Positions 47,839-59,132 of a stretch of DNA of 64,000 nucleotides are shown in pieces. The DNA is from Mobula hypostoma (taxonomy: Eukaryota): NCBI RefSeq assembly GCF_963921235.1, contig NC_086097.1, positions 161,884,001 through 161,948,000 of the forward strand, given 5' to 3'. The notes beneath the pieces are model-generated. The model ran no database searches and was not told the DNA's origin. It worked only from the letters and a program-made list of their open reading frames with translations. The translations under genes and the position numbers were made by a program. Within the stretch, counting starts at the first letter, position 1. Each line of letters begins with the position of its first letter.

Positions 47839-49028
47839 ATTCCTCCGTCTCCGCCGCATCTGCTCTCAGGATGAGGCTTTTCATTCAAGGACGAGGGAGA
47901 TGTCTTCCTTTTTTAAAGAAAGGGGCTTCCCTTCCTCCACTATCAACTCTGCTCTTAAACGCATCTCCCCCATTTCACGTACATCTGCTCTCACTCCATC
48001 CTCCTGCGACCCCACTAAGAATAGGGTTCCCCTGGTCCTCACCTACCACCCCACCAGCCTCCGGGTCCAACATATTATTCTCCGTAACTTCCGCCACCTC
48101 CAACAGCATCCCACCACTAAGCACATCTTTCCCTCCCCCCGTCTCTCTGCATTCCGCAGGGATCGCTCCCTACACAACTCCCTTGTCCATTCATCCCCCC
48201 CCATCCCTCCCCACTGATCTCCCTCCTGGCACTTATCCGTGTAAGCGGAACAAGTGCTACACATGCCCTTACACTTCCTCCCTTACCACCATTCAGGGCC
48301 CCAAACAGTCCTTCCAGGTGAGGCAACACTTCACCTGTGAGTCGACTGGGGTGATATACTGCGTCCGGTGCTCCCGATGTGGCCTTTTATATATTGGCGA
48401 GACCCGACGCAGACTGGGAGACCGCTTTGCTGAACATCTACGCTCTGTCCACCAGAGTAAGCAGGATCTCCCAGTGGCCACACGTTTTAATTCCACATCC
48501 CATTCCCATTCTGACATGTCTATCCACGGCCTCCTCTACTGTAAAGATGAAGCCATACTCAGGTTGGAGGAACAACACCTTATATTCCGTCTGGGTAGCC
48601 TCCAACCTGATGGCATGAACATCGACTTCTCTAACTTCCGCTAAGGCCCCACCTCCCCCTCGTACCCCATCTGTTACTTATTTTTATGCACACATTCTTT
48701 CTCTCACTCTCTTTTTTCTCCCTCTGTCCCTCTGAATATACCTCTTGCCCATCCTCTGGGCCCCCCCCCGTCTTTCTTCCCGGACCTCCTGTCCCATGAT
48801 CCTCTCGTATCCCCTTTTGCCTATCACCTGTCCAGCTCTCGGCTCTATCCCTCCCCCTCCTGTCTTCTCCTGTCATTTTGGATCTCCCCCTCCCCCTCCA
48901 ACTTTCAAGTCCCTTACTCACTCTTCCTTCAGTTAGTCCTGACGAAGGGTCTTGGCCTGAAACGTCGACTGCACCTCTTCCTACAGATGCTGCTTGGCCT
49001 GCTGCATTCACCAGCAACTTTGATGTGT
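47839..49028 (+). mobile_element. 5'-truncated Neptune-type PLE inserted in L1 ORF2
   Basis: PCKRNKCYTC linker + intact GIY-YIG (GVIYCVRCSRCGLLYIGET..RFAEH..EEQHLI..GMN); 15-bp TSD GTAACCAAAATTTCA (47824-47838, 49029-49043). Confidence 0.93.
48935..48970 (+). ncRNA. Minimal hammerhead ribozyme (intact core)
   Basis: AGUC-CUGACGA-AGGGUCUUGGCCU-GAAA-CGUC-GACU. Confidence 0.85.
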
Positions 49029-52000
49029 GTAACCAAAATTTCATGTGTTGAATATTAATTGCCCAATAATAGAATCTAAAGTTAGATAATGTCAAACCTC
49101 CATCTCTCTTAGCTTTCTGTAGATGTATTCTACCCAATCTCGGGTTTTTATTTTGCCAAATAAATGAAGAAATTTTAGAGTCAACTTTGTCAAAGAAAGG
49201 ATTTTGGAACAAAAATGGGTAGTGCCTGAAATATATATAAAAATTTTGGCAGAATAAACATCTTAACAGCATTAATACAACCAATCTAAGTTAAATAAAG
49301 TGGAAACCATTTAAATGGAAGTTGAGTAATGTGATCAATTAAGGGTAGGAAATTAGTCTTAAATAAATCCTTATGTTTACAGGTAATTTTAATCCCAAAA
49401 TATGAAAAATTGTTATTAACCAATTTAAATGGGAGGTTCTGATATAAGGGAACTTGCTTATTAATCAGGAAAAGTTCACTCTTACTGAGATTTAACTTAT
49501 AACCCGAAAAAAGACTAAATTGTGCTAATAAATCTAAAGCAGCAGGAATAGATTTTTGAGGATTAGAAATATATAAAAGTAAGTCATCAGCATAAAGTGA
49601 TACTTTATGAGACTTTAAACCAGGAGTTATACCAATAATATTTGGAGATTCTTGAATAGCAATTGGAAGAGGTTCTAATGCAATATCAAATAATAAAGGA
49701 CTAAGAGGACAACCTTGTCTGGTACCTCGAAAAAGAGGGAAAAAAGATGAGTTTAAAGAGTTAGTACGAACTGAGGCCATAGGAGAATGATATAACAATT
49801 TGATCCAGGACATAAATTTCGGGCTGAAATTAAACATTTCAAGCACCTTAAATAAGTAAGGCCATTCGACTCTGTCGAAGGCTTTTTCAGCGTCTAAGGA
49901 AATGACGCATTCAGGATCATTTTGTGACGGGGTATAGACAATGTTTAACAGCGTACGAATATTATAAAAAGAGTAACGACCTTTAATAAAACCCATTTGG
50001 TCTTCCGAAATAATATAACGAAGTGCTTTTTCTAATCTGTTTGCTAATAATTTAGAAAAGATTTTAGAGTCAACATTTAATAAGGATATTGGTCTATAAG
50101 ATGCACATTGAGCAGGATCTTTATCTTTCTTTAATATTAAAGAGATCGATGCTGTATAAAAGGATTCGGGAAGTTTACCAAGTTTTAATGAGGCCTCCAG
50201 AACCCTGAATAACCAAGGGATTAATGAGGATGCAAAAAATTTATAAAATTCCGCGGTAAACCCATCAGGACCAGGAGCTTTCCCCGGGTTCATAGAAAAA
50301 ATAACATTCTTAATCTCATCAGTGGTAAAGGAAGTGTCTAACATAGAAGATATATCATGTGAAATCTTAGGGAAACCTAGGTTATCTAAAAAGTCATACA
50401 TATATTTAGAGTCTGGTGGAGACTCTGATTGATATAAGGAGGAATAAAAGTCAAAAAAGGATTGATTAATCTCAGCTTGATCAAATATCAGTTGATCTTT
50501 TTGATTATAAATCTGATTAATTTGAAATTTAGTATAGTTGGTCTCCAACTGATTAGCCAACAGTTTACCAACTTTGTCACTATGTATATAAAATTCACTT
50601 CTTGTTTTCATTGATTGATTTGCAATAGAGGACGAAAGTAATAAACTGTGTTCCATTTGAAGTTCAGTTCTTTGTTTATACAACTTCTCAGAGAGAGCTG
50701 TAGCATATTTCTTATCAATTTCCTTAATCTTGTCCACAATAACCAGCTCCTCCTCCTTCAACCTCTTCCTCAAAGCAGCAGAATACGAGATGATCTGACC
50801 TCGAATATAAGCTTTAAAAGTATCCCAAAGGGTGTTCATGGATATATCCTCTGTACAGTTGATTGTAAAAAAGAGATCAATCTGTTCATTCATAAAGTTA
50901 ACAAAATCCAAGTCCTGAAGCAACAGTGAATTAAAACGCCATTGTCTATTATTTTGTGTATTGGCCAATATTTTAATAGAAAGTTTAAGTGGAGCATGAT
51001 CTGAAATGGTTATAGAGTCATATTCACATTTAACCACTGAAGAAATAAGATGAGAGTCAATAAAAAAAATAATTAATTCTTGAATAGGAATGATGAACAT
51101 GTGGAAAAAAAAGAAAAATCTTTTTCCTGAGGATGCAAAAAACGCCAAATGTCCGTCGACCCGGAATCTGAGAGAAATGAATTAATCAAGGTTGCAGATT
51201 TATTGGGTAGAGTCCGTAAAGGAGCCAAATTGTCCAAAAATGGGGATAAACAAGTATTAAGATCCCCGCTCCAGATTAGTGAAAACTCATTCAAATTCGG
51301 GAACAAATTAAATAATGATTTATAAAATTCCAGACAATCCATGTTGGGAGCATAGACGTTAACCAAAACTACCTTTGTATTAAAGAGTAAACCACTAACC
51401 AATAGATATCTACCATTCGGATCAGAAATAATATTGTGTTGTACAAAAGTGCTTGAGGGATCTGTAAAAATAGAAACGCCACGAATTTTAGTGTTGGAAT
51501 TCGAATGGAAGTGTTGACCCTTCCAGAACTTAAAAAAACGTAGTCTGTCCCCCCTCCGCACATGGGTCTCTTGTAGAAATAGAATATGTGCTTTAAGTCT
51601 CCAGAATACTTTAAAGACTTTTTTCCTTTTTATTGGATGATTAAGACCGTTAGTATTCCAAGAGACAAAATTAATAGTAGACTCCATAATCCCTAAAGTC
51701 AACCCTCGAATAAGGGAGGATTGACAATAGGTTCAACCCACGAACCCGGAAAGGGAACAGAATAAACAAGAGACAACAGGAAAGAGAACGCGACTAATAC
51801 TTCGGTAATATAAGTAGCCCAAGAAAAAAGAAAAACTAAAGTGAAGCCCCCCCCACCCCGTAACACCAAAGCTAAATCTAAGATAGACCAGCGAGAAAGA
51901 AGCGAGCAATAGAACTACCCCCATGACTTCCGATGGACGCTCACTAAAAAAAAGTGTATATATAAAAAGATCAGCTAAAGTTATAAAACAGTGAAGGAAT

Positions 52001-53384
52001 AAAAAATAGTACACCGATTAAAACAAAAACAATATAATACAAAGAAAAAACAGGTACATATAAAGAAAACATTAACCTACAACAGACCGTATAATTAAAC
52101 AAGAAAATGAAGTATTAGCATAGACTAGCCAAGAAAACTACAAAAAGTATTTTTGAAAACTACAAAGTTTATGGCCTCCAGGGATATACGTAAAATGATG
52201 CTGAGGGAATAACCACCCAGAATCCCCAGGGAAGAAGAAAGGAATGACGCAGTTAAAAAAAAGTTTGGTAACCATATTAATTAAACCGAAAAAAACCTTT
52301 TCTGCCCTCATATAAAACAAAAAAAAAATTAAATCCAACAGATCAACTGCCTCCGATCAAGCAGAGATGATTTAATGGTGCGATTAAGATGTTGAAGGCA
52401 AGAGTTGATCCAGGTAACTCTGGGCTTCCGATGGAGAGTCGAAAAAACGGGAAGGCCCATCAGACAATCGAATCCTCAAACGTGCGGAATAAAGCAACAC
52501 TGGTTTTAAATCCATATTGTAAAATTCCGACATCACAGATCTGTAACAGACACGTTGATCACGAACCTGTTTACTAAAATCTTCCACAAATCGAAAGCGA
52601 AAATCTGAGAAATCAATGTAACCTTTAGGTCGAGCAAAACGAAGCAACTTCTCCTTGCCTTGAAAATAATGAAATCGTAAAATAACATGCCAAGGTTTAT
52701 CTGACTTAGGCGAATATAATGGGACTCTGTGAGCCCGATCCAATAGTGGTGGTTGATCAGGAAGTAAGGTGGGAAATGAATCTTTTAAAAGTTGAGAGAA
52801 AAACTTTATAGGGTCATCAGATTCAGCAGTTTCACGAATGTTCTGTCGTCGTATTCTGCATTCTAAGTCAGAATTTTTAAACGTCAGAAAGTCAAGTTTT
52901 TTCTTCATTACAGTAATTGTTTCTTCCATTTTCCCCATCTTGAGTTAATTTTGTTGCGTGGATCTTTGGAGATTAGATATAGCGGTCTGATGTTCCGTGA
53001 CAGATGTTTTCATTTTATCAATTTTTAATCGATAATTTTCTGCAGTTTAGTTGAGATTTCCGCATGAATCAGATCCGATATAGTAGTTGAAACTTCCCTA
53101 TGAATCAGATCCGATATAGCTTGCATAGTTACCGCTGGTTCAGTCGGAGGGGGGGTCGGTAACTTTCGGTCTAACCGGAGGTTTGCCGTCTTTCCCGTTC
53201 TTAGACATAGCGGACCTTAAAAGCATTCAAAGATATAATGGCAATGCGCTGCAAGGTATTATTAAAATTGGTGCCTTAAAAGTTAGCTTAAATATAGCTG
53301 ATCATAGGAAAAAGCTCAGAGGTAATGGAGCGAGTCAAGAACACGACTTCACTCCATGAGCTCTACCGGAAGTCTCTCCGAAAT

Positions 53385-54362
53385 TAAAGTCAAAGTCAAA
53401 GTAAAAATTTATTATCAGAGTACATACATGTCACCACATACAACCCTGAGATTCTTTTTCTTTTTCTATAGGCATACTTAGCAAATCTATGAAACAGTAA
53501 CTGTAAACAGGATCAATGGACAACAAGCTGTGCAAATGCAGATAAAAATAAATAACGAACATGAAATAACAAGATAAAAGAGTCCTTTAATGAGTGTAGT
53601 TATCCCCTTTTGTTCAAGAGCCTGTTGGTTGATGAGTAGTAACTGTTCTTGAACTTGGTGGTGCGAGTCCTGTGGCACCTGATGTCAACAGTGAGAAAAG
53701 AGTATGCCCTGGGTGGTGAGGATCTTTGATAATGGATGTTGCTTTCCTCTGGCAGTGTTTCATGTTGATGTGCTCAATGGTTGGGAGGGTTATAATTGTG
53801 ATGTAATGGGCCAAATCCATTACTTTTTGTAGGATTTTTCACTCAAAGGCATTGGTGTTCCCATACCAGATCATAATGTAGCCCATCAGCGCACTTCCCA
53901 CCACACATCTATAGAAGTTTGCCAAAGTTTTTGATGACATGCAGAATCTCCACAGACTCCTGAGGAAGTAGAGGCGCTGTTGTGCTTTCTTCACAATTAG
54001 ATTTATGTGTTAGGTTTAGGACAGGTTTGAGATAGTGACACCCAGAAATTTAAAGTTCCTGACCCTCTCCACTTCTGATCCTCCTGTTAGTACTGGCTCG
54101 TGGACCTCTGGTTTCCTTCTCCTGAAGTCTACAATCAGTTCCTCAGCCTTATTGACACTGAGTGAAAGGCTATTGTTATTACACCACCAGCCAAAATCTC
54201 CCTCCTGAATGCTGATTCATTGCCACCTTTGATACAGACCACAGCAGTGGTGTCATCAGCAAACTTATACATGCCGTTGGATATGTACTTAGCGACATAG
54301 TGATAGGTATAAAGCGAGTAGAGTTGGGGACTAAGTACGTATCTCTGCAGTGCTCCTGTGCT
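53385..54362 (-). mobile_element. Rex1 LINE 3' part
   Basis: LSPQLYSLYT, KFADDT, IIKDPHHPGHTLFSLL; (GACTTT)n tail, which is the L1 target. Confidence 0.85.
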
Positions 54363-55439
54363 GTGAGCCTAACATCAGTAGTGGGAAAGTTAATAGAAGA
54401 TATTCTTATTTGGACCAGATTTATTTGGCTAGACATCAACTGATTAAGGATAGTCAGCATGGCTTCATGCATGGTAGGTCATGTCTATCCAACCTTATAG
54501 AGTTTTTTGAGGAATTTACCAGGAAAGTTGAAGATAAGTCTTTTGACAAGATCCAACATGGGAGTTTGGTCAAGAAGGTTCAGTGGCTTGGCATTCAACA
54601 TTAGATAGGAGATTTGATTAGACATCGGCTTTGTGGGAGAAGTCAGAGTCGTAGTAGATGACTGGAGACCTGTGACTAGTGAAGTGCCACAGGGATTGGT
54701 GCTGGGTTCGTTGTTGTTCGTTATTTATATAAATGATTTGGATAATAGTGTGAGTAATTGGTTAGCATATTTGCAGCTGACACCAGTGGACAGCAAGGAA
54801 AGCTATCATGGCTTGCAGTGAGATCTGGACCAGGTGGACAAATGGGCTGAGAAATAACAGATGGAATTTAATGCAGACAAGTACAAGATGTTGCACATTG
54901 GGAGGACCAACTTGGGTAGGTCTTACACAGTAAACAGTAGACCACTGAGGAGTAGAACAAAGGGATCTGGAAACACATGTCCATAATTCATTGAAAGTGG
55001 CATTACAGATAGATAGGGTCATAAAGAAAGCTTTTAGCATATTGGCCTTCATAAGTCAATGTATTGAGTACAGAAGATGGGATGCTATGTTGAAGTTGTG
55101 AAAGACATTAGTGAGACCTAGTTTGGAGTACTGTGTGTAGTTTTTCTCACCTTACAAGGTTGTCGCTGGGTTTGGAGGTCCTGAGTTATATGGAAAGATT
55201 GAATAGGTTAGGTCTTTATTCCTTAGAATGTAGGTGATTGAGAGGAGATTTGATAGAGGTATACAAAATTATGAGGGGTATAGATAGGGTAAATGCAAGC
55301 AGGCTTTTTCCACTGAGGTTGGGTGGGAATACATCTAGAGATGATGGGTTAAGGGTGAAAGGTGAAAAGTTTAAGGAGAACATGAATTTCAGAGTTGTAT
55401 ATGGTGACATATATGTACTTTGATAATCAAGTTTACTTA

Positions 55440-56210
55440 GAGCTTTAACCTGCCTCAATGACTACGGTCCAGTAGCACTTACAAACCATTGATGAAGTTC
55501 ATTGAGAGGTTGAAATGAGAATATATCAACTCATGCCTGAGAAGTGACTTGGATCCACTCCAAGTTGCCTACAGGTCAACAGCAGATGCCATTTCTTTGG
55601 CTCTTCACTCAGCCCTGGAACATCAGGTCAGCAAAGATGCATACATCAGGATGGTCTTCATGGACTGCACCTTGGCACTAAATATTATCATCCCCTAAAA
55701 ACTAATAAATAAGCTGCAAGCCCAGGCCTTAGTACCTCTTTGTGCAACTGGTTCCTCGATTCACTCATTTGCAGATCCCAGTCAGTTCAGACAGGCAACA
55801 GCATCTCTTCCAAAATCTCCTTCTGCACAGGTGCACCACAAGGCAGTGTGCTTAGCCCCCTGCTCTACTGGTTTTATACTTGTAACTGAGAGGCTGAGTA
55901 CAGCTCCAATGTCATACATAAATTTTCTGACAATGCAACTGTTACTGGTGGATTCAAATTTGGTGACAAATTAGCATATTGGAGGGAAATCGACAAGCTG
56001 GCTGATTGGTGCCAGAACAACAACCTCTCACCTAATGTCAGCAGGACCAAGGAGCTGATTATTGACTTAAGGGGGAGGAAACCAGACACAGGTCCATGAA
56101 CCAGTCTCATCAGGTGAATTAGAGGCTGAGATGGTCAGCAAATTTAAATTCCTTAGTGTTATAATTTCAGAGGATCTGTCCTGAGTCTGGTACGTTAAGT
56201 GCCATTACAA
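55440..56210 (+). mobile_element. Rex1 LINE RT fragment
   Basis: [42 protein letters not shown]. Confidence 0.8.
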
Positions 56211-56458
56211 CGAATCATGGGAATGCTGTTGTGGGCATCACTGAGTTGTGGCTGAAAGAAGATCATAGTTGGGAGCTTAACATCCAAGAATACACTTTGT
56301 ATCAGAAGGATTGGCAGATAGGCAGAAAAGGTAACGTGTCTCTGTTGGTATAAATTAAATCAAATCCTGAGAAAGAAGTGACAAAGAGTTAGAAGATGTA
56401 AAATCCTTGTAGGTAGATTTAAGAAACTGTAAGTGTAAAAAGAGCCTGATGGGAGTTA

Positions 56459-58075
56459 CAGGTTTCCCCCGCCATCCGAAGGTAGAGCGTTCCTATGAAA
56501 TGGTTCATAAGCCGAAATGTTGTAAAGCGAAGAAGCAATTACAATTTATTTATATGGGAAAATTTTGTGAGCGTTCGCAGACCCAAAAATAACCTACCAA
56601 ATCATGCCAAATAACACATAAAACCTAAAATAACAGTAACATATAGTAAAAGCAGGAATGATATGATAAATACACAGCCTATATAAAGTAGAAATACTTT
56701 TCCACAATCATTACTGCACTGTTCTCCATAGCGAAAATCTCACACAAGCGCCGTCGACAGAAAATCTCACGCAAGTGCTGTTGGCAAAAACACGGGGCAA
56801 GCACTCTCCGGTAACCTTTAACCTATGAAGCTGCCAAATCATACCAAATAACACGTAAAAATACCCAGCCTATATAAAGTAGAAATAATGTATGTACAAT
56901 GTAGTATCACTTACCGGAATTGGGACAGCGCTGAGCACACTGATGATGGTGTGTTAGGCTGACTCATTGCAGGTTGGGGTGGTGCAATGGCCCCCACCCT
57001 CCAGGCCACCAACCAATACTGATCCGCAAAGCATGCAGGAGTGCAGCGGTCGCCAGGAGGCACACAGCACATCTTTAAGAAAAAAGCTGAAGCAAACATG
57101 CTAATTAATTAGATGCCGCCCGACACATTATTGTCGGCCTAGGTCAGTGCTGATTTCCGATTGCGTCGTCTCTGATCTGGGCCAACAATTACGTGTTGGG
57201 CGGCACCTAATTAATTAGCATGTTTATTTCAGCTTTTTTCTTAAAAATGTGCTGTGTGCCTCCCGGCTACTGCTGCATCCTCCGCGAATCCGTATCTGTC
57301 CGTGGCCTGGGTGTTGGGGTGGTGGGACACTGGGGTGTCATCTTGTCATCGTCTGTTTCCATTAGGGCAGGAAGGTCATCTTCTACCTCTGCCTGCCTCG
57401 ATGTCGAAGGTCGAGGTTCATCGTCTGCTGTGGCTGATGTGGAAGGCTTGCTTGACTGCTGAGCCTCGCGCATTTTTCTATCACACAGTTCTTTGTAAGG
57501 ACTCAAACCATCTTGCAAATATCCTCTAAATCTACGTACCCTTTCAAAATTAAAGTCGTACTTTATCATTGCAGCGAAAATCTCACGCAGTTGCTTTACG
57601 TTCAGTTCGCTACTGCATTCAGTTTCGATTGTTATCCTTTTTTCTTCCAATTGCATCAGCTCTTCATCTATCAGTTCTTGGTTATGGGATGCCAAAACCT
57701 CTACAACATTATCTTCATCAACTTCCACAAGCCAAACTCACTTTGTCCTTACTTCGTTCACCATGATCAAAACGCTTAATTATATCTAGTTTTACGCTAA
57801 GTGTAACACCCTTATGAGTCCTTTTAGGCTTTTCCAATACCATAGAACTCATCTTGCAAATGACTGCTGACAGGCATGTGTTTAAGCAATGCCGGCGAGA
57901 ATACTGTTCCGAATCCGGGGAGAGCCGCTGCTTGGGGCATGCTGATTTTTTCACACGCTGATTTTTTTTCTTAACAGTGAAAACACCTTCTGAAAGCGAA
58001 AACATGGTACTAATGTAGATCTTTCATAACAGTAAGGTTTCGTAAAGCAAACGTTCGAAAAACGGGGGACACCTG
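56459..58075 (-). mobile_element. Internally deleted Tigger/pogo DNA transposon
   Basis: TIRs CAGGT(T/G)TCCCCCG, TA TSD (56457-56458, 58076-58077); CENP-B-type HTH start (KGVTLSVKLDIIKRF) joined to acidic C-terminus (DNVVEVLASHNQELIDEELMQL); DDE domain absent. Confidence 0.88.
56985..57332. mobile_element. Palindromic hAT MITE nested in Tigger
   Basis: About 160-bp imperfect inverted arms (GCACATCTTTAAGAAAAAAGC..CTAATTAATTAG..GCCGCC), CA(A/G)TG termini; homologous to 19537-19696. Confidence 0.7.
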
Positions 58076-58914
58076 TATATACTGGCCCCTGAATAGTAGC
58101 CAGGATATGTGATATAAATTTCAATTTGAAATAGAAAAGGCATGTAACAAGGGCAATATTATGATAGTCATGGAGGAATTTCAATATTTAGGTGGATTGG
58201 AAAATCAAGTTGGTGCTGGGACTGTGGGAGGTCTAAAGTGGGATTAATGTAAATGTTTATAGCTGATGTGGACTCATTGTACTGAAAGGCGCATCTAAAT
58301 GCTGAATGAGTGACTTTGGGTTAAGAAGACATCTTACTTGGCTGGATTAAGACACTTTTTAAGAATTTTAAACCTCTGAACCTTAGGAGGTAAAATATGA
58401 GCCTTGCATTACCTTGTCAGATCTTAAGAGACTCAGTATATTTCTTCTAAACTGAATTTCGGCTTAATAACTTAGTATAGTGACGATGGTCATAACATAA
58501 TAACGCTCACTATCTGCACGAGCAACAAATCTGCCATCCCAGAAATACATTTTGTGAATCTTTGCTGTGCTCTCTGTCTCACAAGTGTATCCCTCCTTGG
58601 TTCGGTAGACCAGACCAAAGCACAGTATTCTAGGTGTTGTTTCATCATGCCTCGGTATAACTGGAACAAGCAAATTGTTATGCAGTATGGTCAACATAAT
58701 GTTTAGTTTACTTTTCATCCATTGGAAATTAATTTTCAGTGATTTGTGTACTTGGATACTCAGGCACCCCGGGACATCTTCTATTTTTTTTATATTACAT
58801 GTACAAGTGCTGACAAATGCACTTCCTTCCACTAGGTTTGACTTTTGACTTAAATATAGCATTATACACTGTACAGATTGCAACAAAATTTTTATTTTTT
58901 TTAACCTACAGAAT

Positions 58915-58929
58915 ATGACCGACACATAG
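58915..58929 (+). promoter_or_regulatory. Short upstream ORF (MTDT*) in the PTK2 start exon
   Basis: ATG ACC GAC ACA TAG ends 14 nt before the main ATG, out of frame with it. Confidence 0.6.
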
Positions 58930-58943
58930 CAACCCGCAGAGGC

Positions 58944-59132
58944 ATGGCAGCTGCTTACCTTGACCCAAACTTGAATCATACAGCAGGTTCAGGAGCCAAG
59001 TCCCGTCTGAGTATGGAGCGTTCTCCTGGAGCCATGGAACGAGTGCTGAAGGTCTCCCATTACTTTGAGAGTAACAGTGAACCTTCATCTTGGGTCATGA
59101 ACATTCGGCATGGTGATGCAACAGACGTCCGG
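58944..59132 (+). CDS. PTK2: Focal adhesion kinase 1, first coding exon (exon 58912-59132; N-terminus and start of FERM domain, 63 codons)
   Basis: MAAAYLDPNLNHTAGSGAKSRLSMERSPGAMERVLKVSHYFESNSEPSSWVMNIRHGDATDVR matches the vertebrate FAK N-terminus. Polypyrimidine tract + CAG acceptor (58909-58911), phase-0 GTGAGT donor at 59133, Kozak GGCATGG. Confidence 0.97.

Larger units (their letters stand above)
46332..53379 (-). mobile_element. Full-length L1 LINE (frameshifted ORF1 53208-52384, ORF2 51687-~46700)
   Basis: APE (SWNTNGL, LQETH, NVYAPN, GDLN, ISDH), RT (KAPGPDG, YRPISLLN, DAEKAFDRVEW, QGCPLSP, YADD), CCHC (CDRC..HMLWSC), polyA. 12-bp TSD GAAATTAAAGTC (46320-46331, 53380-53391). Confidence 0.95.
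45373..55383 (+). mobile_element. CR1 ORF2 (parts 45373-46325 and 54363-55383), split by nested Rex1/L1/PLE
   Basis: SSDHNAI, WFSRDIE, WRIANVVPLFKKGSRNNPGN on the left resumes as VSLTSVVG, QHGFMHGRSC, LRGDLIEVYK on the right. Confidence 0.85.
56215..58220 (+). mobile_element. CR1 endonuclease fragment split by Tigger
   Basis: VGITELWL, YTLYQKD, GV|IY.PLNSS across the insertion. Confidence 0.7.

Noticed and set aside
49286..51148. 620-aa ORF as an active L1 ORF2
   Set aside because: ORF2 is frameshifted in several places and interrupted by a PLE, so the element is dead.
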